Of a stretch of 64,000 nt of DNA, positions 26,076 through 37,955 are shown one piece after another. How positions within the stretch are numbered: the stretch's first letter is position 1; each line of letters opens with the position of its first letter. Below the pieces are notes generated by a model. The model saw only the letters and a list, made by a program, of their open reading frames with translations, searched no databases and was not told where the DNA came from. Source of the stretch: Octopus bimaculoides (taxonomy: Eukaryota); assembly GCF_001194135.2 (NCBI RefSeq), contig NC_068986.1:30069595-30133594 (forward strand). The letters run 5' to 3'. The position numbers and the translations under genes are program-made.

Positions 26076-26468
26076 GTAGAGGCGCAATGGCCCAGTGGTT
26101 AGGGCAGCGGACTCATGGTCATAGGATCGCGGTTTTGATTCCCAGACCGGGCGTTGTGAGTGTTTATTGAGCGAAAACACCTAAAGCTCCAAGAAGCTCT
26201 GGCAGGGGATGGTGGCGAACCCTGCTGTACTCTTTCACCACAACTTTCTCTCACTCTTACTTCCTGTTTCTGCTGTGCCTGTATTTCAAAGGGCCAGCCT
26301 TGTCACACTGTGTCACGCTGAATCTCCCCGAGAACTACATTAAGGGTACACGTGTCTGTGGAGTGCTCAGCCACTTGCACGTTAATTTCACGAGCAGGCT
26401 GTTCCGTTGATCGGATCAACTGGAACCCTTGACGTCATAAGCGACAGAGGGCCAATAATAACAATAAC
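26076..26468 (+). mobile_element. tRNA-head SINE family C
   Basis: A box tggcccagtgg, B-box-like ggttttgattcc, (AAT/AAC) tail. An 11-bp duplication gataggggaga flanks it at 26065-26075 and 26469-26479. Confidence 0.9.
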
Positions 26469-26845
26469 GATAGGGGAGACAGGAAAGGTCCAGCTCAGTA
26501 GTAGGCTAGTAGTAACTGTTGTTGCTGATTAGACCCAAATAAGTCCTGACTAAAAAGTCATATGATGAAAGATAATCCAGCCATGGCCATCCAGTTCTTT
26601 TCGTTTCATTTCGTTTTTTTTTTTCAGGAATAATAACGCTTAGACTATATTGTCCAATGTGTGTCTCTTTTTAAGATAGTGGTGTGTGGTTTTAGGGAAA
26701 TTTGGCTGTTATTTCTAGCATGCTGAAGAACCATGCAATAGTAGCCCCATTGGCTCATCTTATAGATTTAGGATGTTGGAGTGTGATTAGCATAACTAGA
26801 ATTTTTTTTTTTTTTAATATATGGAACACAATGTGATGGGAGAAG

Positions 26846-27066
26846 CATCATCATTATCATCATCACCACCACCATCACCAATATCACCACTACCACCACC
26901 ACCATCATTGTCATCATCATCATTATTATCCTCATCATTATTGTCATCATCAGTAGTAGTAGTAGTAGCAGCAGCAGCAGCAGTAATAATAGTAGTAGTA
27001 GTAGTAGTAGCAGCAGCAGCAGCAGTAATAATAGTAGTAGTAGTAGTGGTAGTAGTNNNNNNNNNN

Positions 27067-27130
<64 letters not shown>
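26846..27130. repeat. Compound (CAT/CAC)n then (AGT)n(AGC)n trinucleotide array, with a duplicated ~42-bp higher-order block and a 10-N gap (27057-27066)
   Basis: (agt)n(agc)5agtaataat occurs twice in succession. Confidence 0.9.
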
Positions 27131-27298
27131 AGCAGATGTTGAGGCTGACAAATGGAAGGGGCTACAGTAGTTGTTGTAACGGTAGTGTTAACAAACAGTG
27201 AGAATTACTGTTTGTTGCAGGTGTGTAATGGAATAACGGTAGGCATCTTCAGTGCCTTTGTGAGTAATAATGATGGTGATGGTGATGGTGATTGGGGG

Positions 27299-27519
27299 NN
27301 NNNNNNNNNNNNNNNNNNNNNNNNNNNNNNNNNNNNNNNNNNNNNNNNNNNNNNNNNNNNNNNNNNNNNNNNNNNNNNNNNNNNNNNNNNNNNNNNNNNN
27401 NNNNNNNNNNNNNNNNNNNNNNNNNNNNNNNNNNNNNNNNNNNNNNNNNNNNNNNNNNNNNNNNNNNNNNNNNNNNNNNNNNNNNNNNNNNNNNNNNNNN
27501 NNNNNNNNNNNNNNNNNNN
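27299..27519. other. Assembly gap (221 N)
   Basis: N run. Confidence 1.
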
Positions 27520-27705
27520 AGATTGTTATCTTATGTTTTAACTTTCCTTACAAGATGGCGATGTCCTGCAGCAATGAATTTAATGAGAAGTTGTCAGAAA
27601 GTTGGGAAAGTTTTCCTAAGTAGGCCTGGTTCAGAGGAATAATGTCTGTACAAGAATATGAAATGTAATTTCAATACAAATAACAATAGCAACAACAACA
27701 ACAAC

Positions 27706-27737
<32 letters not shown>

Positions 27738-27791
27738 GAGCCATTGAAGTTTCTGGGTTATCGCACAACCTAGTAGAAACAGTTACTTTCC

Positions 27792-28010
27792 TAAGGCACT
27801 GAGCTGGTAGAAACGTTAGCACGCCAGGTGAAATGCTTCGCAGTATTTTGTCTATCCTCACGTTCTGAGTTCAAATTCCACCAAGATCACCTTTGCCTTT
27901 CATCGTTTTGAGATCAATAAATTAAGTGCCATTTACATACTGGGGTTGATCTAATTGACTGGCCCTCTCCCTGCAAATTTCTGGCATTGTGCCTAGAGTA
28001 GAAAAGAATA
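27792..28010 (+). mobile_element. SINE family A (tail ...gtgcctagagtagaaaagaat)
   Basis: Full-length family A match. Confidence 0.85.
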
Positions 28011-28230
28011 TTTAGTCACATTCCTTTAAGTTTTGAGTTTATATCTTGATGCAGCCAGCTTCGCTTTTTATCTCTCTGAAGTTGAGTAAATAAATACCAA
28101 AACCTGGCATTATTACAGCTGGAATGTCTTTGATCATAAGTCTGTTTGATTAGGACTGACCTGGGGCTAAGAAAAAACTAGAACAAAGCTCCATCCTTTT
28201 GATGCATGATCACATGCAATAATAGCAGTA

Positions 28231-28331
28231 CAGACAGGCTATTTCACATTGTAACACTGGTTCTCATCTGATCATTGAAATAATGCTAAACCTAGCTGGG
28301 TGGGCCCATTGGGAAACTTGGTGCCTTAGGC
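28231..28331 (+). pseudogene. Decayed 5S rRNA-derived sequence (5S pseudogene or SINE3-type head)
   Basis: cactggttctcatctgatcattgaa aligns to the recalled invertebrate 5S segment caccggttctcgtccgatcaccgaa (20/25, all mismatches transitions). Flanks ggctatttcacattg and gggtg...tgggaa...ggtgccttaggc also align, and part of the central region is deleted. Confidence 0.55.
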
Positions 28332-28789
28332 AATTTATAAGAGCCCTTGTAAGCTAGTAAAAGAAACTATTAGTATCATAAGTACCAGTTTCTGAAATGT
28401 TACCATTGCTATAAGTACTACTAACATTATAATTGATAATAACATTGTTGAGCCAACAAAAGAATTTCTATATGCTTTTTTGGCCAGGCAGAAATAGTAA
28501 CTAAACTCCCTCAGATCACTTTATACTGTCTTAAAGAAAGGACATGTTAGATAATATGATCTAAAATACATTATAACTGAAAAGAAAAGGTAAAAATAGA
28601 TGGAATGGTCTTGGAAGGAATGACTTTTGGTCAATGATTTGCTTGATTAAGGTTGACTTGAGGCTTAGCAATAATAACAATCACAATCATATTACAAAAG
28701 CTTTTTATTGATTTAAGAAATGAATAAACTTATTAAATACTAATTGGCACTTATGAAGTTACAGCTATAGATGTTACTGTCTTATATTA

Positions 28790-28982
28790 CTCTTTCTTCT
28801 TTTGGCAGAAGGCCATCAATTTTGAAGGGAGGGAACAAGTCAATTATATAGACATCAATACATGACTGGTATGTTATTTTATTGACCTTTGAGGGACGAA
28901 AAGCAGAATTTGAACTCATAATGTAAAGAACTGAAAGAGTTTCCACTAAACATTTTGTCTGTTGTGCTAACAATTCAGCCTC
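28790..28982 (-). mobile_element. Decayed SINE family A
   Basis: gcagaaggccatcaattttg...gactggtatgttattttattgacc...gcagaatttgaactca. Confidence 0.6.
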
Positions 28983-29286
28983 CTATCAATTCTGCCTTCC
29001 CTAGTGTATTACTGGTACTTATTTTTAGTGATATTTTCAGATTAAAAAGATAAAAGCAATCTGTGCAAGATTTGAACTCAGAACTAGGAAATGGCATGGT
29101 TATACATTTTCAGACTAATTAACAGTTTTGTAGAGGAAAAAACAAAAAAAAAACACTTTAATATTTTCATTTACACTGTATTTCAGCTAATTGGATCTCT
29201 GGTTGTTATCAGGTCTGAAAACTTATAAATTGCATTAGCAACAACTCATTTCAGACATTTGCATTTAATCATTTATGAGAAGTAAG

Positions 29287-29506
29287 GGTTACATATCCAA
29301 GAAGCAGTGGCTGTATGTCTGAGAAGAAATGGTTACATGTCTCAGAAGAAATGGTTACATTTTATGGGTAGTGGTGGTTACATACCTGACAGAAAGTAGT
29401 TACATGCCTGGGAAGTAGTGGCAATATCTCCAGGAAGTGGTGGTTATATGCCTGGACGTAATGGTTGCATGTCTCAGAAAGAGTGGTTAGATGCCTGGGA
29501 AGTATT
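29287..29506. repeat. Degenerate 22-bp minisatellite, 10 copies, approximate consensus GGTTACATGYCTGRGAAGTAGT
   Basis: Units split by eye are 22,22,22,23,22,22,22,21,22,22 nt long and directly abutting, with no spacers. Confidence 0.8.
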
Positions 29507-30012
29507 AGCTGATACAAGCAAGATATCATTTACCAAAGTTCTTTCTCTGTCAGTTGCAAAAACTCTACATCTTATCAAAACGATTTCTTAATTATAATTC
29601 CTAGTTTATAGAAAAACAAAGTGGAATTCTTATATAAGAGATTGGCTGAAATGTAAATGGTTCTAAAGTAATGGAGTGTAACTCAACACTAGTTAATTAA
29701 TAAACAGTGAGTCATCTTACACTATATTTATGAATGAAATAAGATATTGCTCATTTGAATTAATCAACAACTCATTAGATTCAATATGCTGTAATGATAA
29801 ACATATTAAATCTCAATTTTTTTAAAGACTATTACTTCTACTGCTAATTGTATTATTTGTACAAGCAGGGTTTGTGTGGTTAGAAAGTGCACTTTCAATC
29901 ACATGACTTCAGAGTGGCTCCTACTGGGTGATGGTTTAAACAAGTGACTTGTGCAATAGCCTTGAGTTGAGTGATGTTTTGTAAGTGAAACTGTACAAAA
30001 AAACTTGTTATA

Positions 30013-30893
30013 TATGAGGAGATAGCCAAAAGTAACTGGAAACGTTCTCTGTGGAACAAGCCTGTTGTAGTTCGGTTTTCTGCTGCAAGAAGCCATTTGA
30101 TGCAACCTTCAGGCATCAGTCTGCTGACCAGTGTCATCGATTGGAGTCGTACTGCCACATGGTGTATCTTTGTTTTGCAGTGCTTCTCTCCTATTCGTTG
30201 ATTTTTTGCACTGGCTGAAATGAAAGAACAGCATGTTTCCATGAAATTCTGTATTCTGCTGGAGAAAAAGGTAGCTGAAATAGTTGTCATACTTCAAACA
30301 GCTTAGAGGGATGCTGCCATGAGCAAAACACAATTTTATGAGTAATTTTCATGCTCTAAGAATGGTCACTGGTCGCTTGAAGACCAACCTCGTCCAGGAC
30401 AATCATTGATCTCCTGAATGAATGAAAACATCGTGAAAATTCATGAACTGATCTTGGAGGACCATCACTGGATAATTGACGAACTAGATATGATTGGTGT
30501 GTCCTGGAGCTCTTGTCAACGAGTGAAAAGAGTTGCAACAAAATTTGTGCCTTGCTTGCTCATGGAAGTTCAAATGAGTCATGATTAAATGTGTGTTGGG
30601 AACTGAGAGAACAGTTGATCTGGACTTTCTTTTTCAAAAGTCATCACTGGTAACGAAAGCTGGTGCTATGGAATTTGCAGATGTGGAAGAGGAGAAGAAA
30701 AAAGCAGCAGAGTCATTAAAAGGCATCACTTCACAAGAGCTCCAACACTGCTCTGAACAGTAGAAAATGTGTCTGGACCAATGCATTGCTTCAAATGGAG
30801 AATACTTTGAAGGTGATAAAAATGTAAACATGTAAAACTAAGTGAATAAAATAATATTGCAAAATTCTTGTTTCTTTTGGGTACCCTCTCGTA
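30013..30893 (+). mobile_element. Internally deleted, decayed mariner (Tc1/mariner) DNA transposon
   Basis: Imperfect ~29-bp TIRs (tatgaggagatagccaaaagtaactggaa vs reverse complement tacgagagggtacccaaaagaaacaagaa) with TA ends. A transposase relic from 30220 reads MKEQHVSMKFCILLEK...SLEDQPRPG...KFVP...VITGNESWCYG // FADVEE...CIASNGEYFEGD, with multiple stops. Confidence 0.85.
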
Positions 30894-31903
30894 TGTGTGT
30901 GTTTGTCTCTGCATGACTTCACATCACTAACAGTGCAAAAACAAAATTTCCTATAGCTCAGTAGTTTGATGTGTGAAACACTAATAGAATAAAGTTCCTT
31001 ATTTGCAAGAGAAAAAAGTTGACATACAAAAGGACATCCAGTCATGCAATATTGTCTCAAGAAGTCTTGTTAAACCAATATCACCATGGTAAAAGATGTT
31101 GCAAAAACGATGATGAGGATGAGCATGATGTTGATGACAGAAACTTAGGTGAGGGATAATATCTTAGCGAAAGCAACAAGGTTTCAAATCTTAGGTAGGA
31201 ATTGTTTTACTTCTGGTTAGCCCTTTTGTGATCATTTTTCCCAAAGACATATTCTACTTGTGTGTTCCTATTAATTTTGGAAATAATTAAGAATTATGAA
31301 AGGATTCTATAAAGTCCTTTATTCAATGGAACATAAATTGACAGATTTTAACTCAAATATGAACACTTCACCCGCAAAGGTTTTGAACCATAAACTTTGT
31401 GGTGATTCTAAGTGACTTGGTATTGAAAACATTAACATGCTTGATAGAGGCATAAACCAAAAGCTCTTGCAATAAGAAAGGGAGTTTTAATGTCTATATT
31501 TATTATTTAAATCTATAAATAGATTATATATTTCTATCTCTAGTTTACAGGTCTTTAATTTATGAAAATTTTTATAACTTCCAAAAATTATTTTAAATTC
31601 AACAATCCAGAGATGGGGATAGGGGTAACAATATAAGAAACATAAGATTATACCATTCATAGAATTTATGAAGATCTTGCCATGCATCAAGTAATTGGTC
31701 TAATCTATCAGCTTGCCTTTTTTTTTTTGTCTATTTGAAATTCAAATATTTTTAAAGGAATTTTAAAATTACACGGCTCTTTTTTTTGTTTTTGTCTCTT
31801 GTAAAAAGTGTTCCATCTTCTTCAATATAAAAAACCTCAGCAGTTTTCATCTCCACAAAGTTAATGTTACACTTTTATGCATGATATATTTTACTCTATT
31901 TAG

Positions 31904-31911
31904 ATCTTCGA
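31904..31911 (+). CDS. Candidate 8-nt micro-exon ATCTTCGA
   Basis: Acceptor atattttactctatttag and consensus donor gtaagt. Confidence 0.2.
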
Positions 31912-32565
31912 GTAAGTTTGTCATTAGAAGCCATTCTGTTTTTGTTGATATTTTTTATTTGGAGAGTTTTCTCAACTTCTTTCGTTGATACATTGTTGTC
32001 CTTTTGAAAAACTTCATTTCTCTGTGTTCAAAAGCTAGATATCAAATCATAGTATTTATTATCAGTATTTACATTTTCCCTCTCTCTCATATTCTTGTGA
32101 CTTCCATACCTAGGAAGAAAGAAAAACACGACAAAACAAAAAACAAAACTGACAAAAACAACATAGTTATCTGAATTTTATAATTGTTGTTTTTTATTAG
32201 AGTGGGAAAGTATTTACATATGCTACAATGTTAGACTTGTTGTTTAATGGCATTTCATTTAGTATCTCTTTATTCTGAATTCAAACACCTTTGAATATAA
32301 TCAGATAAGCATCAGTAGTATAATGGGGTAATTCAATTGACTATATCCTTCTCTCCATCGAAAATTGGTCATCTGTGTAATTATAAAACAAAAGTAAACC
32401 CAAATTTGTTGTTATTGTTATTGTTATTCGCACATTGGGCCTATTTATTGCTTAATGTTATATTTTGTTGCCAGGGAAGGAACATCTAAATTACAGATTT
32501 CACTATACGCTGAGGTTTTTGTTTTGCTTTTTTCTTTTTTTTTTTCACTAGAAAGGCAAACTTAC

Positions 32566-32604
32566 TCTGTTACTATCTTATCTTTTGCAAATGTTAAATG
32601 GATG
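32566..32604 (-). CDS. Candidate 39-nt symmetric exon (IHLTFAKDKIVT)
   Basis: Minus-strand acceptor ttttctaatgcaaattag, consensus donor gtaagt, single open frame. It is in phase with a very strong acceptor at 32110. Confidence 0.25.
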
Positions 32605-32853
32605 CTAATTTGCATTAGAAAATCATAAAAGAAACACAAACTCTCAATGTATGGAAATAGAGTCAACAACAACTTTTATTTATTAGAATAAGTTTTCACA
32701 CAAAATGATTCCATTAAAAAGATAAATTAAACAATTACTGATAAAATAGATAAGTATATTGGTTTATTGATTGAAATATATATATATGTGTGTGTGTATA
32801 TATATATATATGTGTATGTATGTATGTATATATACATATATATATATGTGTAT

Positions 32854-33023
32854 NNNNNNNNNNNNNNNNNNNNNNNNNNNNNNNNNNNNNNNNNNNNNNN
32901 NNNNNNNNNNNNNNNNNNNNNNNNNNNNNNNNNNNNNNNNNNNNNNNNNNNNNNNNNNNNNNNNNNNNNNNNNNNNNNNNNNNNNNNNNNNNNNNNNNNN
33001 NNNNNNNNNNNNNNNNNNNNNNN
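32854..33023. other. Assembly gap (170 N) inside (TA)n
   Basis: N run. Confidence 1.
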
Positions 33024-33075
<52 letters not shown>

Positions 33076-33341
33076 CAACATTTTAATAATAAATAATAGT
33101 AATATACCAACAGATAACTTTATAGCTGTCATAACAGATAAGGAAGTCGCTAACTTGGTTTATAAATTCATTGATACACAGATATCAATACATAACTTGA
33201 TAAATCAAATGAAATTATTGTCCAAGACTTTGTAATCCCATATAAAATGTTAAATGTCTCCAAAGTTTTCAAATGTTTGTGATAATTCATCATTGCAACT
33301 TGTATGATTTTTATTAAAATTATTTTCTATTTCTTTTTCAG

Positions 33342-33354
33342 GTACTATTAAGTG
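33342..33354 (+). CDS. Candidate 13-nt micro-exon GTACTATTAAGTG
   Basis: Acceptor tattttctatttctttttcag and donor GTG|gtaagt. Confidence 0.25.
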
Positions 33355-33762
33355 GTAAGTATCTTCTAAATTTTACATAAATAATGATTTTTTCAGGCAT
33401 AATTTTGGTGGATGAGTTTTGGTTTCTAAAAATACTTAGAAACAAACACAGAGTTTTGAGGAATTAAATGGAACTTATGGAATCTACTTCTGGAAGAGAA
33501 TATCTACAACTAGTACTTATTTTCTTCTTCTTTTACCATTCTTGTTACAATTTTCTTCCTCTTTTACCATTTTTGTTACAATATTCTACATTAATTTTGA
33601 AAATAATGAAATATTTCATAAAATAACTCTGCTATTATTAAATGGCATTTAAAGCAAAACTTAACATGAAATTTTGATTGAAGGATTTAACTAAAACCAT
33701 TTTAAAACTAGAAGTTTATATTATTGAACCAAGGGTAGTTGCATGCAGATTGGTATCAAAAC

Positions 33763-33957
33763 GTACCCTTTAGCATTTAAACTGACCATAGCTGGCTAAA
33801 ATATTCTACCTGTTTTATGCTCAAGCTATTAAATTCTGGCTTTTCATACCTACCACACATAGTCATTCTAAAAAATCTCAAAACTATGATGAATTCAAAA
33901 CAATGTGAGTAAATAAGTATTAAATTTGACAGATTAATCTCAATGTTAAAGACTTAA
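33763..33957 (-). mobile_element. MITE family 1, inverted and decayed
   Basis: ccctttagcatttaaactgaccat...atattctacctgttttatg at the left, caatgttaaagacttaa at the right. Confidence 0.6.
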
Positions 33958-35721
33958 GGAACAAAAACTAAGTTAATTTTGAGAGAATTTAAGATTTTGA
34001 ACTCCGAAGTGATTCATATTTACAAATATGTTAGACTGAAGCACGGTAGATGAGAAGTTATGATTCTAAATGCAGAATATACATTCAAAACTTATTTATG
34101 CATGATATTCTACTGGAAGTAGGCACAACATGACGAAGTAGATAATGCTAGAAGAGTTTTCAATTATAATAACCATATGCTCCAACTATTAGAAAATATT
34201 TTTAAAAATTAGAAAATATTAAAAAAAGCTAAAATGGAATCCACTGGATGTGTGTTTAATTAGTCTCAATAACACTGAACAGATGAGACAAATATTCACA
34301 GGATAGGATACTAGTCTATCAAAGTTAACTTTCCAGAAAGCTTCTCAGTTATTTATTATGATTTTACCTCCTCAAGACACAAAAAATGCCTATGACCTGC
34401 CATACAGATCTGTATTTATATGATTGTAATCCATTGCTTTATCTACATGTCCTCCTGGCATCCTGCCTCAGTAAACCATCAAGTGGATCTTCTCTATAGG
34501 TTACCCAGACTTCTTGGAATAGCAGCCAAATCCCCTTCAAAATATATCCTATTATCTTAAAAATTGAGAAGGATACAGTGAACAATGTAGTTCAAAGTAC
34601 AAATGCCTGAAAAAAGGCAGGATGGTCATTAGTGGAATAGGTTGATTACAAGTTTGTTTTATCAGAGCTGACCTGAGGGCTAAGTGACAACATCCAGTCC
34701 ATATTGTTATTTCTGTGTGCATATCTTATTTTATGCACTTGTGTGCACTGATATGTATAAATTAAATTAAATTAACTTTGTTAAACATGAAATAGTTTAT
34801 TCCATTTAATATCATTAAATCATTAAAAACACTCTTCATCAAACTTTGAACTCAGCTATCCTCACTGAACCAAGCCAGATACTTATAGTAAGATTATTAT
34901 CCTCTTAGGTGATGGTTAATTCTATCGTTTATGATTGCCATATTTAAAAGTAGATTCAAGATGTGTGTTGGGGAGAGAAGCGATTAATGTAATTATTTTA
35001 ATCAGCAGCTCTACTTTGACCATTATCCTTAATTGCTTTGCCAAATGAGAGTGAATAACACGAAGAAACAAGAAATGGACAAGAAAATGTTAAGATGGAA
35101 AGATTTAAGGAAAATTTCGTTAGAGCTAATAAAATTCTCATTATCTATAGACATTGTTACCCTTTTGTGATCATATTTCTAATGAAATACTCTGCCTATG
35201 TGTTTCAATTATTTTTTAAAATAAACAAGATTTAGTTGGTGTTTTGAAAATGACTTGAGAAAACATTGTTACATAAAATCTTTGATGGAAAGTTTAAATT
35301 TAGATATGAACACTTTAAACTGGGAAGGTTTTTTTTATCATAGAAGCAGGGGCAGTCTCAGGCGGGTTGATGTCAAAAAGGTCTGCAGTAAACAGCTTCT
35401 AACTCTTATGAAAGCTAAATTCTTCAAAAGTCAAGAGGCACAACACAACTAGCATAAGATTTTTTTAATTTGAAAACTCTCGCAAAATTTTAATTTGGCT
35501 AATTAGAACAGAAACAACTTATTAATTTAATTAAAAGTTTAAAAGTAAATTACTCATGTTTCAGAAAATGTGCTTTTAAATTTCACAATCTGTTGCATAA
35601 AAAACATCCAGTCTGGCAGATTATATTACTTATAAACACTTTAATTAAAACTTACTATAGCAATTTTACTACTACTACTATGGTTTTCTTCTCTTCCTTT
35701 TCCTTTCTCTCATTCCTCTAG

Positions 35722-35743
35722 ATTTTGATGAAGTTTAGAATAG
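35722..35743 (+). CDS. Candidate 22-nt exon ATTTTGATGAAGTTTAGAATAG
   Basis: Long pyrimidine tract ending cattcctctag and donor TAG|gttagt. Confidence 0.2.
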
Positions 35744-36342
35744 GTTAGTATTGCTTCATACAGTAATATTTATGCTGGAACTAACATATTGATGGCAATA
35801 CAAGCACTCCAACAAAACTAGAAATTATTACCAGAAATAGCATGGCTAGTTATTATGACTTTTTAATTAGGCATAAAAAAAATGAATAAGGAGTGCCTAA
35901 GGTCATAATACATGTACTTGCATTAAGATATGAGCTCAAAAACCATTAACTAAAAGTCTGTTATCACAGTCACTCATCCATGTTTCTTATTAATATCTTA
36001 AATGAATGCAAAGTATTTCAAATTTAGTTTAATATTTTGCCCAGAGACACAAGCAAATCACAACTGCCAAAGAAAAAGAATGTTTTTCTTTCTACAGTTG
36101 CTTTTCTCAGTTGTTTTCTTTGTTATTTTCTTTTCTCTCATTACCAACAAAATAAAGATATCTAACCATATTTAGCCATTTCATTTCCCTGACAATACTC
36201 ATATTCTTGGAAACCAAATCAAAACGATGTTCAACTCATTAGCATGAGAAAGTTATTGTTGATTGGGCATTATATTTAACCCTTTAACATCTACACCAGC
36301 CACAAGTGCCCTTAATTACTTATTGCATATAACCATCGGGAA

Positions 36343-37309
36343 GGGGGTGGGTGCGCTGAAAGTGTAGCTGTTAGAATAATAGCCTGGGCAAAGTTTAGAG
36401 AGCTCTTACCCCTGCTGGCGACAAAGGGACTCTCACTCAGAGTAAAAGGCAGACTGTATGACGCATGCATACGAACAGCCATGCTACATGGCAGTGAAAC
36501 ATGGGCTGTAACTGCTGAGGACATACGTAAGCTCGCAAGGAATGAAGCCAGTATGCTCCGTTGGATGTGTAATGTCAATGTGAATACCCGTCAGAGTGTA
36601 AGTATCTTGAGAGAAAAGCTGAACATTAGAAGCATCAGTTGTGGTGTGCAAGAGAGACGATTGCGCTGGTATGGACATGTGGTGAGAATGGATGAGGATN
36701 NNNNNNNNNNNNNNNNNNNNNNNNNNNNNNNNNNNNNNNNNNNNNNNNNNNNNNNNNNNNNNNNNNNNNNNNNNNNNNNNNNNNNNNNNNNNNNNNNNNN
36801 NNNNNNNNNNNNNNNNNNNNNNNNNNNNNNNNNNNNNNNNNNNNNNNNNNNNNNNNNNNNNNNNNNNNNNNNNNNNNNNNNNNNNNNNNNNNNNNNNNNN
36901 NNNNNNNNNNNNNNNNNNNNNNNNNNNNNNNNNNNNNNNNNNNNNNNNNNNNNNNNNNNNNNNNNNNNNNGCACCATTTTGAGCATGGCCGTTGCCAGTA
37001 CTGCCTGACTGGCTCCCATAGGATTTTCGAGTGAGATCGTTGCCAGTGCCCCTGAACTGGCTTGTGCGGGTGGCACATAAAAGACACCATTTCGAGTGTG
37101 GCCGTTTTCGTGCGGGTGACACGTAAAAGCACCCACTACACTCTCTGAGTGGTTGGCGTTAGGAAGGGCATCCAGCTGTAGAAACTCTGCCAAATTAGAT
37201 TGGAGCCTGGTGTTGCCATCCGGTTTCACCAGTCCTCAGTCAAATCGTCCAACCCATGCTAGCATGGAAAGCGGACGTTAAACGATGATGATGATGATGA
37301 TGATGATGA
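36343..37309 (+). mobile_element. 5'-truncated RTE-clade LINE: C-terminal ORF segment, 3' UTR and (GAT)n tail
   Basis: Open frame GGGCAESVAVRIIAWAKFRELLPLLATKGLSLRVKGRLYDACIRTAMLHGSETW...ERRLRWYGHVVRMDED carries the RTE motifs YGSETW-like and LRWxGHV. The tail is shared with several truncated copies. Confidence 0.9.
36700..36970. other. Assembly gap (271 N) inside the RTE element
   Basis: N run that hides the ORF stop. Confidence 1.
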
Positions 37310-37879
37310 GTTGTTACACAAGAGTTTATACTTAAAGATATTCCAAAAAATTATTATATAAAATCCTTTAATTTATAAATTTTTCTATGACTGATTTAAG
37401 AAGCACAACAATGGTTGTTGTTGTTGTTGTTATTGCAGCAGTTGTAAAATATTTTTGTGATAGGAAATGTTGTTTATTGGAAATTACATTTAATCCATGA
37501 ATTCCAATATGCTACAGACATCTGTAAATTTCAACTAAGAACTGCAAGTAACTAATTTTCTAAGTATGATATTTCTCTTGCTTTTACTAGATTAATATCC
37601 ACAAAACTCTATGTACTAAATTAGAGCAAATTTTTTTGTTATCTATCTTTTTACCATTATGGTGTATAGTTTTAGGTCATGATTTCACAACTGAAAACAG
37701 TTGGGATTGTTGGTTTGCATGCAGCACCAACACTTGTTTTCACTGAGATGCAACTACTATCATCAACAGTGATAGTAAATAGTTGGAAAAGAGTTTACGT
37801 TGTCATGGCAAAAATCTTCTGGCTTATCAGCTCCTGTTAAACCATCCAATTCATGCCAGCAAAGGAAACAGACATTAAA

Positions 37880-37955
37880 TAATAATGATGATAATGATGA
37901 TGACGATGACGATGATGATGATGATGATGATGATGAGGATGAGGATTTTTACTAT
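37880..37955. repeat. (GAT/GAC/GAG)n microsatellite
   Basis: Seen directly. Confidence 0.85.

Noticed and set aside
26081-26155. tRNA-like sequences at SINE heads (families A-D)
   Set aside because: A and B boxes are present, but they continue into repeated SINE bodies with duplications and lack a complete cloverleaf. They are not tRNA genes.
29287-29506. CRISPR-like array
   Set aside because: Units abut with no unique spacers, they are degenerate, the context is eukaryotic and there are no cas genes.
36098-36175. Apparent C-terminal transmembrane tail (AFLSCFLCYFLFSHY) with AATAAA
   Set aside because: F/L/S/C richness is the automatic result of translating a T-rich tract.
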